NCBI GenBank assembly: GCA_951406725.2
Contig: OX597835.1
Span: forward strand, 14,880,001 to 14,944,000
Source: Octopus vulgaris
Taxonomy: Eukaryota
Direction: 5' to 3'
DNA length: 64,000 bases
The translations under genes were made by a program, and so were the position numbers. A model generated the notes under the pieces. That model saw nothing but the letters and a program-made list of their open reading frames with translations. It made no database searches and had not been told where the DNA came from. This document shows positions 26,192 to 38,835 of the stretch, piece after piece (position 1 is the first letter of the stretch; every line of letters begins with the position of its first letter).

Positions 26192-26402
26192 CGCCATGTT
26201 GATTCGTTAGCTACTGCACGCATTTTTTTTCTCTCCTTCTTTCTGTGTTTTTCTCTCTCTGTGTATCTTTCTGTTGAAGAGCGTAGGCTCGAAACGTTAA
26301 AGACTTGTTTTATTTATATTTCCTGAGCGCCATACTAATACAATTGTTCGTTTGTTTTCCACCTGCCTTCGTCTTTTGTTTATTTTCATAAAGCTTCCCG
26401 TT
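26192..26402 (+). mobile_element. microsatellite-embedded Penelope-like fragment with variant hammerhead (26266-26303)
   Basis: TCTTT CTGTTGA A GAGC GTAG GCTC GAAA C GTT AAAGA; runs directly into (TA)n. Confidence 0.7.
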
Positions 26403-27107
26403 ATATATATATATATATATATACACAAGCATATACATGCACACACATATACACTTACATGTATATACACATATGCACACACACACCCATATATATATGT
26501 GTGTATATATACAAACATATACATGCACACACACACACATACATACATACACTTACACATACGTAGTCATATATACACATGCGCATATGTATATTCACAC
26601 ATACATGCACACACACATATACATGCATACACACACACCTATACATGCACACATACACACACATACATATAAATCCTGTGACTATTATCAAATAATATCA
26701 GTGCCGTTTTCACCCACCACTTTTTATTTATTTATTTATTTATTTATTCTTTGTTTTAATTAAATTAATCGTAATTTGCTAAACGAATTAACTAACGCAA
26801 ACGCTTATTATTTAATAATGAAATGAAACCTTTCTCATATACGAAACGCAGGTTGGCCTAAAGCAAAAAAGCGGCAACATCAAGGTGATATTGCATAAAA
26901 TAGGCTTCCTCGGAATTAAAACTCCAAAGACACAGTCCTATCTACGTGATATTTTCCTTTGAAAGTGTAAAACAAGGTAACAAGTCTCTTATACGACAAA
27001 GGCGACAATATCTCATGCAATCTAAAAGAAACGAACATGTGCTAAGAAAGGAAGCTGTTCAGGACAAAACGATTGGGAAAACGTGACTGAAGTCGTTAAC
27101 CTAAAAT

Positions 27108-28036
27108 GGAAGCACTCCGTCGGTTACGACGATGAGGGTTCCGGTTGATCCGAATCAACGGAACAGCCTGCTCGTGAAATTAACGTGTAAGTGGCTGAGC
27201 ACTCCTCCACAGACACGTGTACCCTTAACGTAGTTCTCGGGGATATTCAGCGTCACACAGAGTATAACAAAACTGGCCCCTTTTGAAATATAGGCACTAC
27301 ATATTTTTGCCAATTGAGTTGAGTAGAACAACGAGAAATAAAGTGTCTTGCTCAAGGACACAATGTACTGCGGAGTGGATATGGAAGCACTCCGTCGATT
27401 ACGACGACGAGGGTTCTGGTTGATCCGATCAACGGAACAGCCTGCTCGTGAAATTAACGTGTAGGTGGCTGAGCACTCCACAGACACGTGTACTCTTAAC
27501 GTAGTTCTCGGGGATATTCAGCGTCACACAGAGTATAACAAAACTGGCCCCTTTTGAAATATAGGCACTACATATTTTTGCCAATTGAGTTGAGTAGAAC
27601 AACGAGAAATAAAGTGTCTTGCTCAAGGACACAATGTACTGCGGAGTGGATATGGAAGCACTCCGTCGGTTACGACGATAAGGGTTCCGGTTGATCCGAA
27701 TCAACGGAACAGCCAGCTCGTGAAATTAACGTGTAAGTGGCTGAGCACTCCACAGACACGTGTACCCTTAACGTAGTTCTCGGGGATATTCAGCGTGACA
27801 CAGAGAGTGACAAGGCCGGCCCCTTGAAATACAGGTACAACAGAAACAGGAAGTAAGAGTGAGAGAAAGTTGTGGTGAAAGAGTACAGCAGGGATCACCA
27901 CCATCCCCTGCCGGAGCCTCGTGGAGCTTTTAGGTGTTTTCGCTCAATAAACACTCACAACGCCCGGTCTGGGAATCGAAACCGCGATCCTATGACCGCG
28001 AGTCCGCTGCCCTAACCACTGGGCCATTGCGCCTCC
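27108..28036 (-). mobile_element. composite SINE: full A1 (27653-28036) followed by two headless A2-type units
   Basis: Three TGGAAGCACTCCGTCG tails at about 27107, 27382, 27653; TSD CGTTAACCTAWAAT at 27094-27107 and 28039-28052. Confidence 0.9.
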
Positions 28037-28185
28037 ACCGTTAACCTATAATACACTGCATTTCTCTAGAATTGTTTCCCCCTGCCACTGCCCTGTTACT
28101 ACAGGGGAGAGAACACATACGGTGACATGATGCACATACAAAGTGCTAAAGGTTATTTAACAGATCGATTGCTGACATTGATGAC

Positions 28186-28690
28186 GCAAGCGTGACTGTG
28201 TGGTGGTTAAAGAAGTTCGCTTTGTAATCACCTGGTTTTCGGGTTCATTCCCGCTGCGTGGTACCTTAGGGAAGTGTCTTCCACTATATAGCCCAGGGCT
28301 GACCAATGTCTTTTGAATAAATTTGGTAGCAGTAACTGTGTGGAAGCCAGTCGTATACGTGTATGTATACATACACACATATGTATATATAGATAGATTT
28401 ACATATATATATGTATATATGTGCTCGTGTGTGTGTGTGTGTGTTTGACCCCACCGTCGTGTGAAAGCCGGTGTTGGTTTGTTTACGTCCCTAACCCAAA
28501 TCGGCTTGGAGAAAGAGAAACAATAAATACTGGGATCGATTTGTTCGACTAAACCAGGCATAGTCAAGCGGGCCGCATGAGATATTGCATATGCCATACA
28601 GAAAGTCACCCGGGCCACAGTTTGCCGGCGACTAGACTAAAACTTTCAATGGTCTGCCCCAGCATGGGCGCAGCCCCAATAACAAAAATT
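28186..28690 (+). mobile_element. older SINE group C with a nested MITE
   Basis: CGTGACTGTGTGGTGGTTAAAGAAGTTCGC...GTGGTACCTTAGGGAAGTG...CCCCAGCATGGGCGCAG. Confidence 0.78.
28555..28634. mobile_element. hAT-like MITE remnant
   Basis: CAGGCATAGTCAAGCGGGCCGCATG...CGGGCCACAGTTTGCCG; 8-bp TSD GACTAAAC/GACTAAAA (28547-28554, 28635-28642). Confidence 0.5.
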
Positions 28691-29104
28691 TATAGAAGAA
28701 ATATAAAAACAAAACAGAGGGTTCTAATTAGTATTTTTATATCTGTAAACCGTATGAAGTCAAATTGGGAGCAACAGTGTTATCGAACGAAGTAAAGTTA
28801 ATTAAAATCAGCCTCGATGTCCTCAAATTTAACCTCTGTGGGATTTGAACTCAGAATGTACAGAATTGGAACGAATAACGCAACACATTTTGTCTAATGT
28901 TCTAACGATGACTTCAAATTTTAGCACAAGGCCAGCAATTTTAAAGAAGGGGTTATTATCGATTACATCGACCCCGGTACGCGGTTGGTACTTATTCTAC
29001 CGACCCCAGCAAAGCTGACCTCTGCGGGATTTGACCTCAGAATGAAGGAAAATTCGAATTAAATACGGCAAAGCAAGTTTATCAGACTCTCTAACGATTC
29101 GGCA

Positions 29105-29487
29105 GGAGGCGCAATGGCCCAGTGGTTAGGGCAGCGGACTCGCGGTCATAGGATCGCAGTTTCGATTCCCAGACCGGGCGTTGTGAGTGTTTATTGAGCG
29201 AAAACACCTAAAGCTCCACGAGGCTCCGGCAGGAGATGGTGGTGATCCCTGCTGTACTCTTTCACCACAACTTTCTCTCACTCTTACTTCCTGTTTCTGT
29301 TGTACCTGTATTTCAAAGGGCCGGCCTTGTCACTCTCTGTGTCACGCTGAATATCCCCGAGAACTACGTTAAGGGTACATGTGTCTGTGGAGTGCTCAGC
29401 CACTTACACGTTAATTTCACGAACAGGCTGTTCCGTTGATTCGGATCAACCGGAACCCTCGTCGTCGTAATCGACGGAGTGCTTCCA
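29105..29487 (+). mobile_element. SINE group A1, full length, inserted in a degenerate B element
   Basis: TSD TAACGATTCGGCA at 29092-29104 and 29488-29500. Confidence 0.95.
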
Positions 29488-30396
29488 TAACGATTCGGCA
29501 GTAGGCCACCGTCAACAAGCCACCCAGGAAAAATTTTGTTTTATCAAAATAAATTCTTTGGAATCATTTCTTAACTTGTAAAGAAAACAACCGTACGGGG
29601 AATCAGTAGCATATAATTTTATTGCTAAATAGTCCATTAGTAAAAGGCCCAGCAACAGTGATGTCGATGATAACAACAACAACAATGATAATAATAATAA
29701 CAATAATAAAAGTAGTGGGGAGAGCAAAATAAAATATGGTTTAAGAGATTGAATTCATGAACATCAAGTCATATAAAGCAGATAGATGTTTTTTTTCTTT
29801 CCTTTTTGATTATTGAAAGTAAGGAGAGAGAGAGAGAGAGAGAGAACAACCAGTGTGTGTGCAGTATGTAAGCATCTTTGAAGCAAATAAGCTGTTTATT
29901 ATGTGACACACGTATTGACTCCCTGGACAGTTCGGAATAAGTAGATTAGAAGACTAAATGTATTTTCAAGAAACGACTCACTTGAGTTTCTTCTCGTGAA
30001 GAAGACGAATATTTGCGTCAAGTCAGACGTAAAAATCGTATATTGGTGTTGACAGCGATGGTTGGTGACAGATAAAAAAGAATTAGATTGGTAGGTAGAT
30101 TGGTAGGTAGGTAGGTAAGCTGGAATGCTAGACATTGATAGTGTCACGTATGCTTCTCGAAATATTTATTACTATTATGTTCGCTGTACCCGTATATTTT
30201 CACTTTTTTTTTTTAAAAAATAGATTGGAGTATAAATTGAAAGTAAGAAAAAAAAATGGTAGTTTGGATAATACTTGAAAAGTTCCGACACCTGAAGCAG
30301 TAGTTAAAGTAATTTATACATTACATAATTCTTGCCTTTCATCTCGCCCGGTTCCGTAAAATTAAGTTCCCGTGAAGTACTGGAATCGATGCTCTC

Positions 30397-30439
<43 letters not shown>

Positions 30440-30462
30440 GTGTGTAGAGAGAGAGAGAGAGA

Positions 30463-30735
30463 CATGTGGTTTAGTGGTTAGGATGTTGCACACACGATCG
30501 CGAGACCGTGATTTCGATCCCTGGAGCGCGTAGTATGTTGTGTTCTTGAGCAAGATTCTTCATTTCACGCTGTTTTGCAATCACTTTGACACCTGACGTG
30601 TGGCACACCGTGCACTTGTTCAGGTAATGTCGATTTCATAGAGAGAATGAGCTAATGTGCGGCACATACACTTGATCAATATAAGCAAATCATTTGTGCT
30701 GGTCGTTCGGCAGAAACTGAACACTCATACGTCGT
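30463..30735 (+). mobile_element. tRNA-derived SINE with an A2-like head and a third tail type
   Basis: GTGGTTTAGTGGTTAGG...GATTTCGATCCC...GTGTTCTTGAGCAAG...ATTTCACG, then an unrelated 3' part. Confidence 0.72.
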
Positions 30736-30772
30736 GTGTGTGTGTGTGGGTGTGTATATATACATATATAGC

Positions 30773-30918
30773 ATGAGTGGTTGTGTGGTAAGAAGCTTGC
30801 TTCTGGGTTCAGTCCCACTGCGTGGCATCTTGAGCAAGTGTCCCCTACTATAGCCCCAAGCCGACCAAAGCCCTTTGAGTGGATTTGGTAGACGGAGACT
30901 GAAAGAAGCTCATCGTAT
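30773..30918 (+). mobile_element. SINE group C 5' half
   Basis: GAGTGGTTGTGTGGTAAGAAGCTTGC...GGATTTGGTAGACGGAGACTGAAAGAAGC. Confidence 0.85.
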
Positions 30919-31629
30919 ATATAAATTCATTTTAACGGCTCCGAGGAAGGTACAAACACTGAGCTCTGAATACAGAATTTCTCGTGGCAGAAACAGCAGT
31001 TAGCTAATGTAGATCACCCTGTAATTCCTGCTTCCCCCTAATTCAATAATTAACAGTCCGCCCTGTACTCGCCCAGCGCTTTATTCTTAGGCATCTGTAT
31101 ACTGAGTTCTACCAAATAGTTATTCGTTTCGCTATTTCTAAACGCAATTGTAAAGTACAAAGGAAAAGCGAGACGGAAACCAGAAATTTAATGAACTTAT
31201 TTAATCATATGCAACACTTGGCTGTTATTTTGGTGAATCTTCATTCAACTTCCTCATATATAAGTTACATGCTCAGTCTTTCTCTCTCGTAATTTGTCGA
31301 AATTCTATCGCCGACTAAAAACAACGGTGCATAGTTGAAGTCATTCCTTAAACAGCTGACATAAATCTGTGGCTTTTCGATGAAACATTCCAGTGCGATG
31401 GAGATAATGTAAAAAAACTAACGAAAATTGTTCCAGCAGAAGTAATTGTTTTCTTAATTTTGAAACTCTCTGTAGTCTGCGAGGTTCATATTACAGTTAT
31501 ATTTTGATTATATTTTGAACTACTTTTCCAGTCGCACAGAATTTGTTGCGCTGCTTCACGTTACGGAAGTAATACCGAACAACCGAACAAATTTCTATTT
31601 GAAATATCGCGCAATTCACGGTCGGGTAC

Positions 31630-31691
<62 letters not shown>

Positions 31692-32344
31692 GCAGATATA
31701 GACGTCCTTAAAAACAAAAGCAAAAAAAAAGCTACATTTCATTTGATACAGATCAAGAATACTCCAGGGAAAAAGCAATGTGGATGGGTGGTTGAAAAAC
31801 AAACTAGAAGTAAACAAGAATACAGACGGTGTCTGTCTGTCTGTATGTATGTATGTGTGCGTGTATGTATGTATGTGTGCGTGTGTGTGTATATATATAT
31901 ATATGTATGAAGGGAAGAGATAATTAGTAAAATTGGATTTTTAAAGATAGCCAACGTACAGAGAAAAGAAAGAGAATAAAAAGAAATATTTGAAATGTTT
32001 GTGTTTAATAAATTTCCCGAGAGAATAAATATGACATTTGTACTCGTAGAGAAGAAGCAGGCCACTAGAATATCGGTTAACAAACCAGTCGAAGAATGTA
32101 AGGTTCGTAATTCTTACCAGCGCTATGCTGACTATTACCAACCCTTCTCTAAGCCTTCCAGTGTCAAAGACATCTCTCTCTGTTAGTCGCTGCTTTGGCA
32201 GATAGCTTTCGGTCACCATGTTAAGTCATCTGTCTGTTAGTCGCTGACAAAGACAGCTTAAAGACTCTACGCTATGCTGCGACATCAATGCAAAATTTGA
32301 TGAGTTTGTTATCGGTTGAAGGAGAAACGAGTGTGGGTCTTAGG

Positions 32345-32475
32345 ACTCGACTTTGCCTTACATCCTTTCGAAGTCGATAAAATAAGTACCAGTTAAACAC
32401 TGGGGTCGAGGTAATCGACTGACCCCTCTCCCCCAACATTTCAGGCCTCGTGTCTATAGTAAAAAAGATTATTAT
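32345..32475 (+). mobile_element. SINE B2 3' part ending in (ATT)n
   Basis: TCGACTTTGCCTTACATCCTTTCG...TTTCAGGCCTCGTGTCTATAGTAAAAAAGATTATTATT. Confidence 0.8.
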
Positions 32476-33824
32476 TGTTCTTGATCTTGTTATTGTTGTC
32501 ATTATTTTGTCTTTTAGTCAGGAAGGAAAGCAGTGCCCATAGCTCTTTATAGAGCCTCCTAACCATGAGCGGGGGGGGGGGGCACTTATCCTCAAACCAG
32601 AAACCTCCTCCGTATGCTTGCAACTCAATGGCTAAAGGCACCCAAGATGCCACAATGCGGTGGACGATGGGTTAAGTATAATACTCAACAAGGCCATGGC
32701 GGGATTTGAATTCAGAACGTAAGATGTCGGAACAAATACCACAAGGCATTTTGCTCGATGCAATTAGGGTTTCGGCAACTCACTGACCTTGGATTGGTTC
32801 TTTGTAATCGATTCCGAAAGGATGAAAGCAACAGTCGACCTCGGTGGGACTTGAACTTAGAACAGAGAGCTGGAAAAGAAAGATGGTGATGTATTCTGCT
32901 AAAGGCAGCCAAGGCCAACTGCGGAATGAAACGATCGGGCGCAGCTGTTTCGACGCTAGTTGTATGGCGCTGTGCTTGTTTTGACGACCGCGCCTTTTGG
33001 CGCTGGAGGAACACACACACACATATGCTGGCACTCATAGATACAGAGAGAAAAGGGGAGTAGAAAATATCCGGTGTCAAATAAGTCGGCGACACCAATG
33101 TGGCACATACCGTGCCAGCTGGGGGTATTAAAGCAAATTCCACCCCTGAACAAAAATCTCCCTCTTCCAAAGCGTTCACAACAAAAAGAAAAAGGTATTG
33201 GAGGACTCAAAACCAGGGCAGAAGACAGCTTTTCGCCAGGTAGTATCTACAGCGACACCAAACTCGGTCACAAAGTGAAACTCTCAACCACACAGCTATG
33301 GACGCTCGCGAATGAACGTAATAAAACAAAATGACATTTTCCATGTGTGTTATTTTCAAAGTTTTAAAGAATAAAGGAACCACATAACGATGGAGTCCTC
33401 GATATAAATTCATTTCATCCAGAAAGATAATATTTTTGTCAGGTTAATTTACTATCGTTTATCACATCGATGTTGTTCATATTCTTCACGATATTCATTC
33501 TGTGTGTGGTTTCGTCAATACACGGATTTATTAATCATATTTTATTGAGAAGAAATCTGTAGAGGATTAACCAAAATAGATTTTAATGGCTTTGATGTGG
33601 AGTTTTGGCTAATAAGGCAGAAGGAAAAAGTCAGTCGCACGGTAAGAATTATAACGGATCCTTTGGGGGGGAATTAAACGTTGGAATTTCACGTTTATTA
33701 TTCATGCAAAAAAAAATGGCATTAATAAGCATGATGCCTGAGAGTAGTACTGTAGTGGATATGAATTATATATATATGTGTGTATATGTATATATACATA
33801 CACATATACATAAAAGATAGAATG

Positions 33825-33873
<49 letters not shown>

Positions 33874-35134
33874 TATGTACATTATATATATGCGATTATA
33901 TACAACATATCTCTATCTGTCTCTCTACTATACAAGTTATTAGCTAATAACACGCATACATATATAAGAGAGAGGTATGCATGTATGTATATCATTATAG
34001 ATATGATTACATGTATGTATGTATATATATACTATATATAGCATGTATATATGTTATACAACTATTATATGTATGTGGGTGGCGTGCCTATACATGCATA
34101 TGATTATGTATCATTTTTGTTTTTGTACACAAATGCGAAGAGACTTCAGCTGGAAATTTAAAGCCAAATTACCATAGCCAGAAACACGGTCACAAATATA
34201 TAGTCTGTGTCACTCACATTCTAAACTTGACAACATATACAGAGATACACTTTAAGAGTCACCGCAATAAAAGTTACATTTCAATAATGAATTCAAGAGA
34301 GATTTGATAGAAAACTCTGAATTGACTAGGTTTTATAGCACTACATCGATACAGCAGAAATCCTATAAAAATATTGAACTACCTTTCAAATTCTTCCTTC
34401 AATCGCATGAATTTTACAATGGCATTTTATAAAAAAAAAAAAAATGTAAAATATTATATTCTTATTTTACTGTTTGTTTGTTATAAACGTTCTTATTACG
34501 AATCGAACAAGCAACCTCAATGAAGCTTTAACTGCTGTTTCGATAACATTAAAAATTTTCCCACTTTAACGAAAAATTCTGAAAACAGAAAAATAAAATG
34601 GTTGCAAATATAAAGCGTATCATTATAGAAGATCATTCGGTTTCTTTATTTTTTTTCCTTTTTCTGTTGAATTTTTTTTTTTCTCTTCTTTCTAATGATT
34701 TTAATAAAGTGAGATTATAATGCATTCTTTCTTTTATGACGAGTACTGACCATGTTTTAGCTGCCAGGTATGGAAAGATAACAAGAATGCTATTTTGTTG
34801 TGTGCTATCACTAACTCAGATTTGACATCGCTCAATTAAGAAAACAGCCATTTTGGATGAGAGATTTTTTTTTTGGTTTGTTTATGTATACGTGCGTTGT
34901 TTATACGGAGGATGAGGAGGCTCTGCCAGTCTTTTATTCCAGTGAAATCAAGGCGAAACATGCCGACTACATGGAAATTCACTAAAACTCATTAAATATT
35001 CTAATCAGTCAAAATGCAAAATTTTTCGAATCTCAAACTTTGTCTACAAATAAAATAGAGGACGCTACTTTGCATTTAAAACAATTCGCCTTGGTAAATA
35101 TTCTGGGAGAAATATTTTGTGTGTGTGTGTGTGA

Positions 35135-35250
35135 TTCTCTTCCTCATTCTTTTCTGTAGAAGAGCGTAGAATCGAAAGGTCAAAGATTTCTTCCATTTTT
35201 TCCTGAGGGTCAAACTAACACACCTGTTGCTGTTCCCTCACCTTTTTTTG
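35135..35250 (+). mobile_element. degenerate copy of the variant-hammerhead family
   Basis: TTTCTGTAGAAGAGCGTAGAATCGAAAGGTCAAAGA...TTCCTGAGGGTCAAACTAACACACCTG. Confidence 0.6.
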
Positions 35251-35804
35251 CTTCTTGATGTTGAGTGTATTGCTGAATTGCCAACGACGACACATAAACA
35301 TCAAAAGCCTCTTCACTCACTTTGAATCGGCCATTCTTTATGAATTCACTTTGACCCTGCAACGTCCATTTCTGTTTAAAACAAGTTTATAGTATCTTTT
35401 GTTTTAGACACTGAACTGCTGGGGTCCCTTCCTCAAGGGTTTTAATCGAACAAATCGACCCCAGTACATATTTTAATGACAGATACTACTTCTATCGGTC
35501 TTTTTGCCGACCTTTTAAGTCACTGGGATGTAAACAGACCAGCACCGATTGCCAAGCGGTGCCGAGAATGGCAAGCACTAACATTATATATATATATATA
35601 CGATGCCGGGCAGTGGGACTCAACTCCAAATCACGAAGCTGCAAAACGAAATTCTAATGGACACAGTTATGCCTGCGCCTCTCTCTTTCTCTTTCTATCT
35701 ATCTCTCCCCACCAAGTGATCGGCTTTAAAAATCGCTTAGATATTTTCCTAACATGAAACCAATAGTATTCTTAATACACAAATAATGTATCTTTATCCT
35801 CCAA

Positions 35805-35830
35805 CTAGCAGAGATACCCGGCGTTGCCCG
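35805..35830 (-). mobile_element. Helitron 3' end
   Basis: Minus CCGGGCAACGCCGGGTATCTCTGCTAG|T; hairpin plus CTAG, related to the 24604 end. Confidence 0.7.
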
Positions 35831-35880
35831 GTTACATTCAATTGAAAAATTAGACTTTTCTGTTATATATATATATGGAT

Positions 35881-35912
<32 letters not shown>

Positions 35913-37260
35913 GTATATTAATATAAATACATGAAAGTACATGAAGTTTGTTAAAAAAGGGGATCATGTATATAACTCCTGGCTGTTGAGATTATAACAC
36001 CTCGTTGTAAACAATGTTCCTTGTTTTTCCTTGTGGAGCATATACAAAAAGGTTTCTTTTGGTTCCTACTCTTGAGCAGCCAACATACAGTTGCCCATGC
36101 GAGAAGCAGGGCTCTTCCAAGAGAAGACCAGCCACAGAGAGGGTTTGACCCTGAGATTTGTTAATGGACATGGCAAAGCCGACACGAAGGGGGAATTGCA
36201 GTCTTCTGAATGTAAATGGAATTTCTGCTCCTGGTGTATATTTTAACGTAAATAAAATGCGCTTTGATTACTAAATGCTTTATATCGCTACTGGTGTATT
36301 ATAGCGTCGGTAATTATAAAGAAATTTCCAACGAATCTGACAGCGATTGTAACAGAAGTATCTGTAACTCGACACAGAAGGAATATCCGATAGGTGTTCG
36401 TTGTAGAATAACATTTTTGTTTATTTTGTCTCCCTCTCCCCACGAACCATGTTTATAGTTGATGGGGGAGTTGTGCAGTTTCCTTTTATTAAATGCAGGT
36501 GCAGGATACGGTACAAAACACTTACCCACGGTGGCAGGCAGAGGAATAAACATGAAAATGAGGCTACATTAAGTACTCAGGACGCAGAAAGTGTTTTTAG
36601 CGAAGTTGACCAAGGAGTTAGATAAACGTGGACACACGCCATCCTCTACTGGACACGCGCCATCTTCCGCTGACAATCCAGGGGGGAAAAGCCATGTTTC
36701 TAGGGCTGGCCCTACTCCCTTTTAAACGGTGGTGAATATAGAGGAGGAGAAAGAGAAGGGAGGAGAGGATGTGCGAAAGCCAAGCAGGAAGGAAGAGCAG
36801 AGCAAGGCAGGAAGAGAGAGAAACGCAAGGACGCAGAAAAGGAAGCAACACCAGGTTTCTATAAAGAGAGTGTTTTTAAGAAGAAAAATTAACGACATAC
36901 AAACAGGAATTGAAAGATCGGGTTAATCCGGTAGAAATTAAAGATAATCATCTGGATTTGATTTTTAAATACCCTATAATGTAAATGCATAGTTGTAATT
37001 CGCTTGTAAAAGATAGAAAAAGATCTGGGTTTTGCTGTTGTCGATCCTAGATTATTATTAAATATTCCTTTAATTATATATATATACACACACACATATA
37101 TATATATGTATATACTGGTAAGAAGATTGCTTCCCAACCACATGGTTCTGGGTTCAGTCCCACTGCGTGACACCTTGGCCAAGTGTTTTCTACTATAGCC
37201 TTGGACCGACCAAAGCCTTGAGTGGATTTGGTAAACGGAAACTGAAAGAAGCCGGTCGTA

Positions 37261-37315
<55 letters not shown>

Positions 37316-37317
<2 letters not shown>

Positions 37318-37503
37318 CCATGATAGACCTCTAACTCCAAAACTTTTATAATTTTTTCTCTCTGTTTATTTTCTCGTGTTTTTTTCTGTTGAAGAGCGTA
37401 GGCTCGAAATGTAAAATACTTTCTCACCTTCCCGAGCGTTAAACTAATACGCCTGTTTGTTGTTTATATACCTGTCTTCGTCTTATGTTTTTCTATAAAT
37501 TTC

Positions 37504-37507
<4 letters not shown>
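37316..37507 (+). mobile_element. variant-hammerhead family copy between two (TA)n tracts (motif 37381-37418)
   Basis: TTTTT CTGTTGA A GAGC GTAG GCTC GAAA T GTA AAAT; begins CGCCATG like the 26192 copy. Confidence 0.7.
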
Positions 37508-37539
<32 letters not shown>

Positions 37540-37548
37540 TAATAATTA

Positions 37549-37752
37549 AGGGATCAGCAAAAGAAATGCATCACCGCATACCGAAGTTCAGAAATAGCAG
37601 CCAAAATCTAAGCTATTTCTTCTACTTAAAAAAGGTCTACTAGAGAAACCATAATACTAGTAGACCTTTTTAAAAGTAGAAGAAATAGCTTAGATTTTGA
37701 CTGCTATTTCTGAACTTCGGTATGCGGTGATGCATTTCTTTTGCTGATCCCT
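37549..37752. repeat. near-perfect inverted repeat, ~95 bp arms with a 13-nt spacer
   Basis: AGGGATCAGCAAAAG...GGTCTACTAG (37549-37643) / CTAGTAGACC...CTTTTGCTGATCCCT (37657-37752). Confidence 0.95.
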
Positions 37753-37855
37753 CAATATTAGTATTACTAGAATTTACCGTATAACGGTCCTGTTTTCATA
37801 CCGAATTCTACTTGGTGAAATTTATTGATTACTTCGTAATTGATTAGTTTTACCC

Positions 37856-37916
<61 letters not shown>

Positions 37917-38210
37917 TTGGTGGGGAGGTATTTTCTTCCACCACCGCTTGACAACAATTGTTGGTGTGTTTACGTCACCGTAACTTAGCGATTCAGCACA
38001 AGAGAGCGATAGAATAAGTGGAAATACTTTAAAAAAAAGTACTGGGGTTTGATTCGTTCGACTTAAATTTTTGAAGGTGGTGCCCCAGTCTGGCCACAGT
38101 TTAATGACTGAAACAAGATATGTATGCACACAAAGAAGCAGGCAAAGAAATAGACTCACAGTCGTCACTTGCAAACGATGGCGACTTGGAAACGTGATAC
38201 GCTTTCGCTA

Positions 38211-38580
<370 letters not shown>

Positions 38581-38804
38581 GTGTGAAAGAATTTTAATTT
38601 CTCAATGAATCGTTGTTTGCTTTTTTTTGTTGTTTTTGTTTGAACAAATCTCTAACTAAGACTTAAAGAATCTGTGTCAGCCTCTGCGCATATATAAATA
38701 GACACAAAAACAACGCCAGCATGAACGAGAGTAAATAAATGAAAGCGTGTATTGCTGATGAAACTGGAATTAAAGCAGTTGCAGAAAAGCCAGAAAGAAA
38801 TGCT

Positions 38805-38835
<31 letters not shown>

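Larger units (their letters stand above)
37116..38118 (+). mobile_element. SINE group C split by insertions in its internal (TA)n (head 37116-37260, tail 37920-38118)
   Basis: Head ends CTGAAAGAAGCCGGTCGTAT; tail resumes CACCACCGCTTGACAAC...GGCCACAGTTTAATGACTGAAACAAG. Confidence 0.8.

Noticed and set aside
29105-29176. tRNA gene
   Set aside because: tRNA-like SINE head continuous with SINE body and TSD; not a standalone tRNA
35984-36860. Possible solo LTR-like segments
   Set aside because: Could not identify paired TG...CA ends with a TSD
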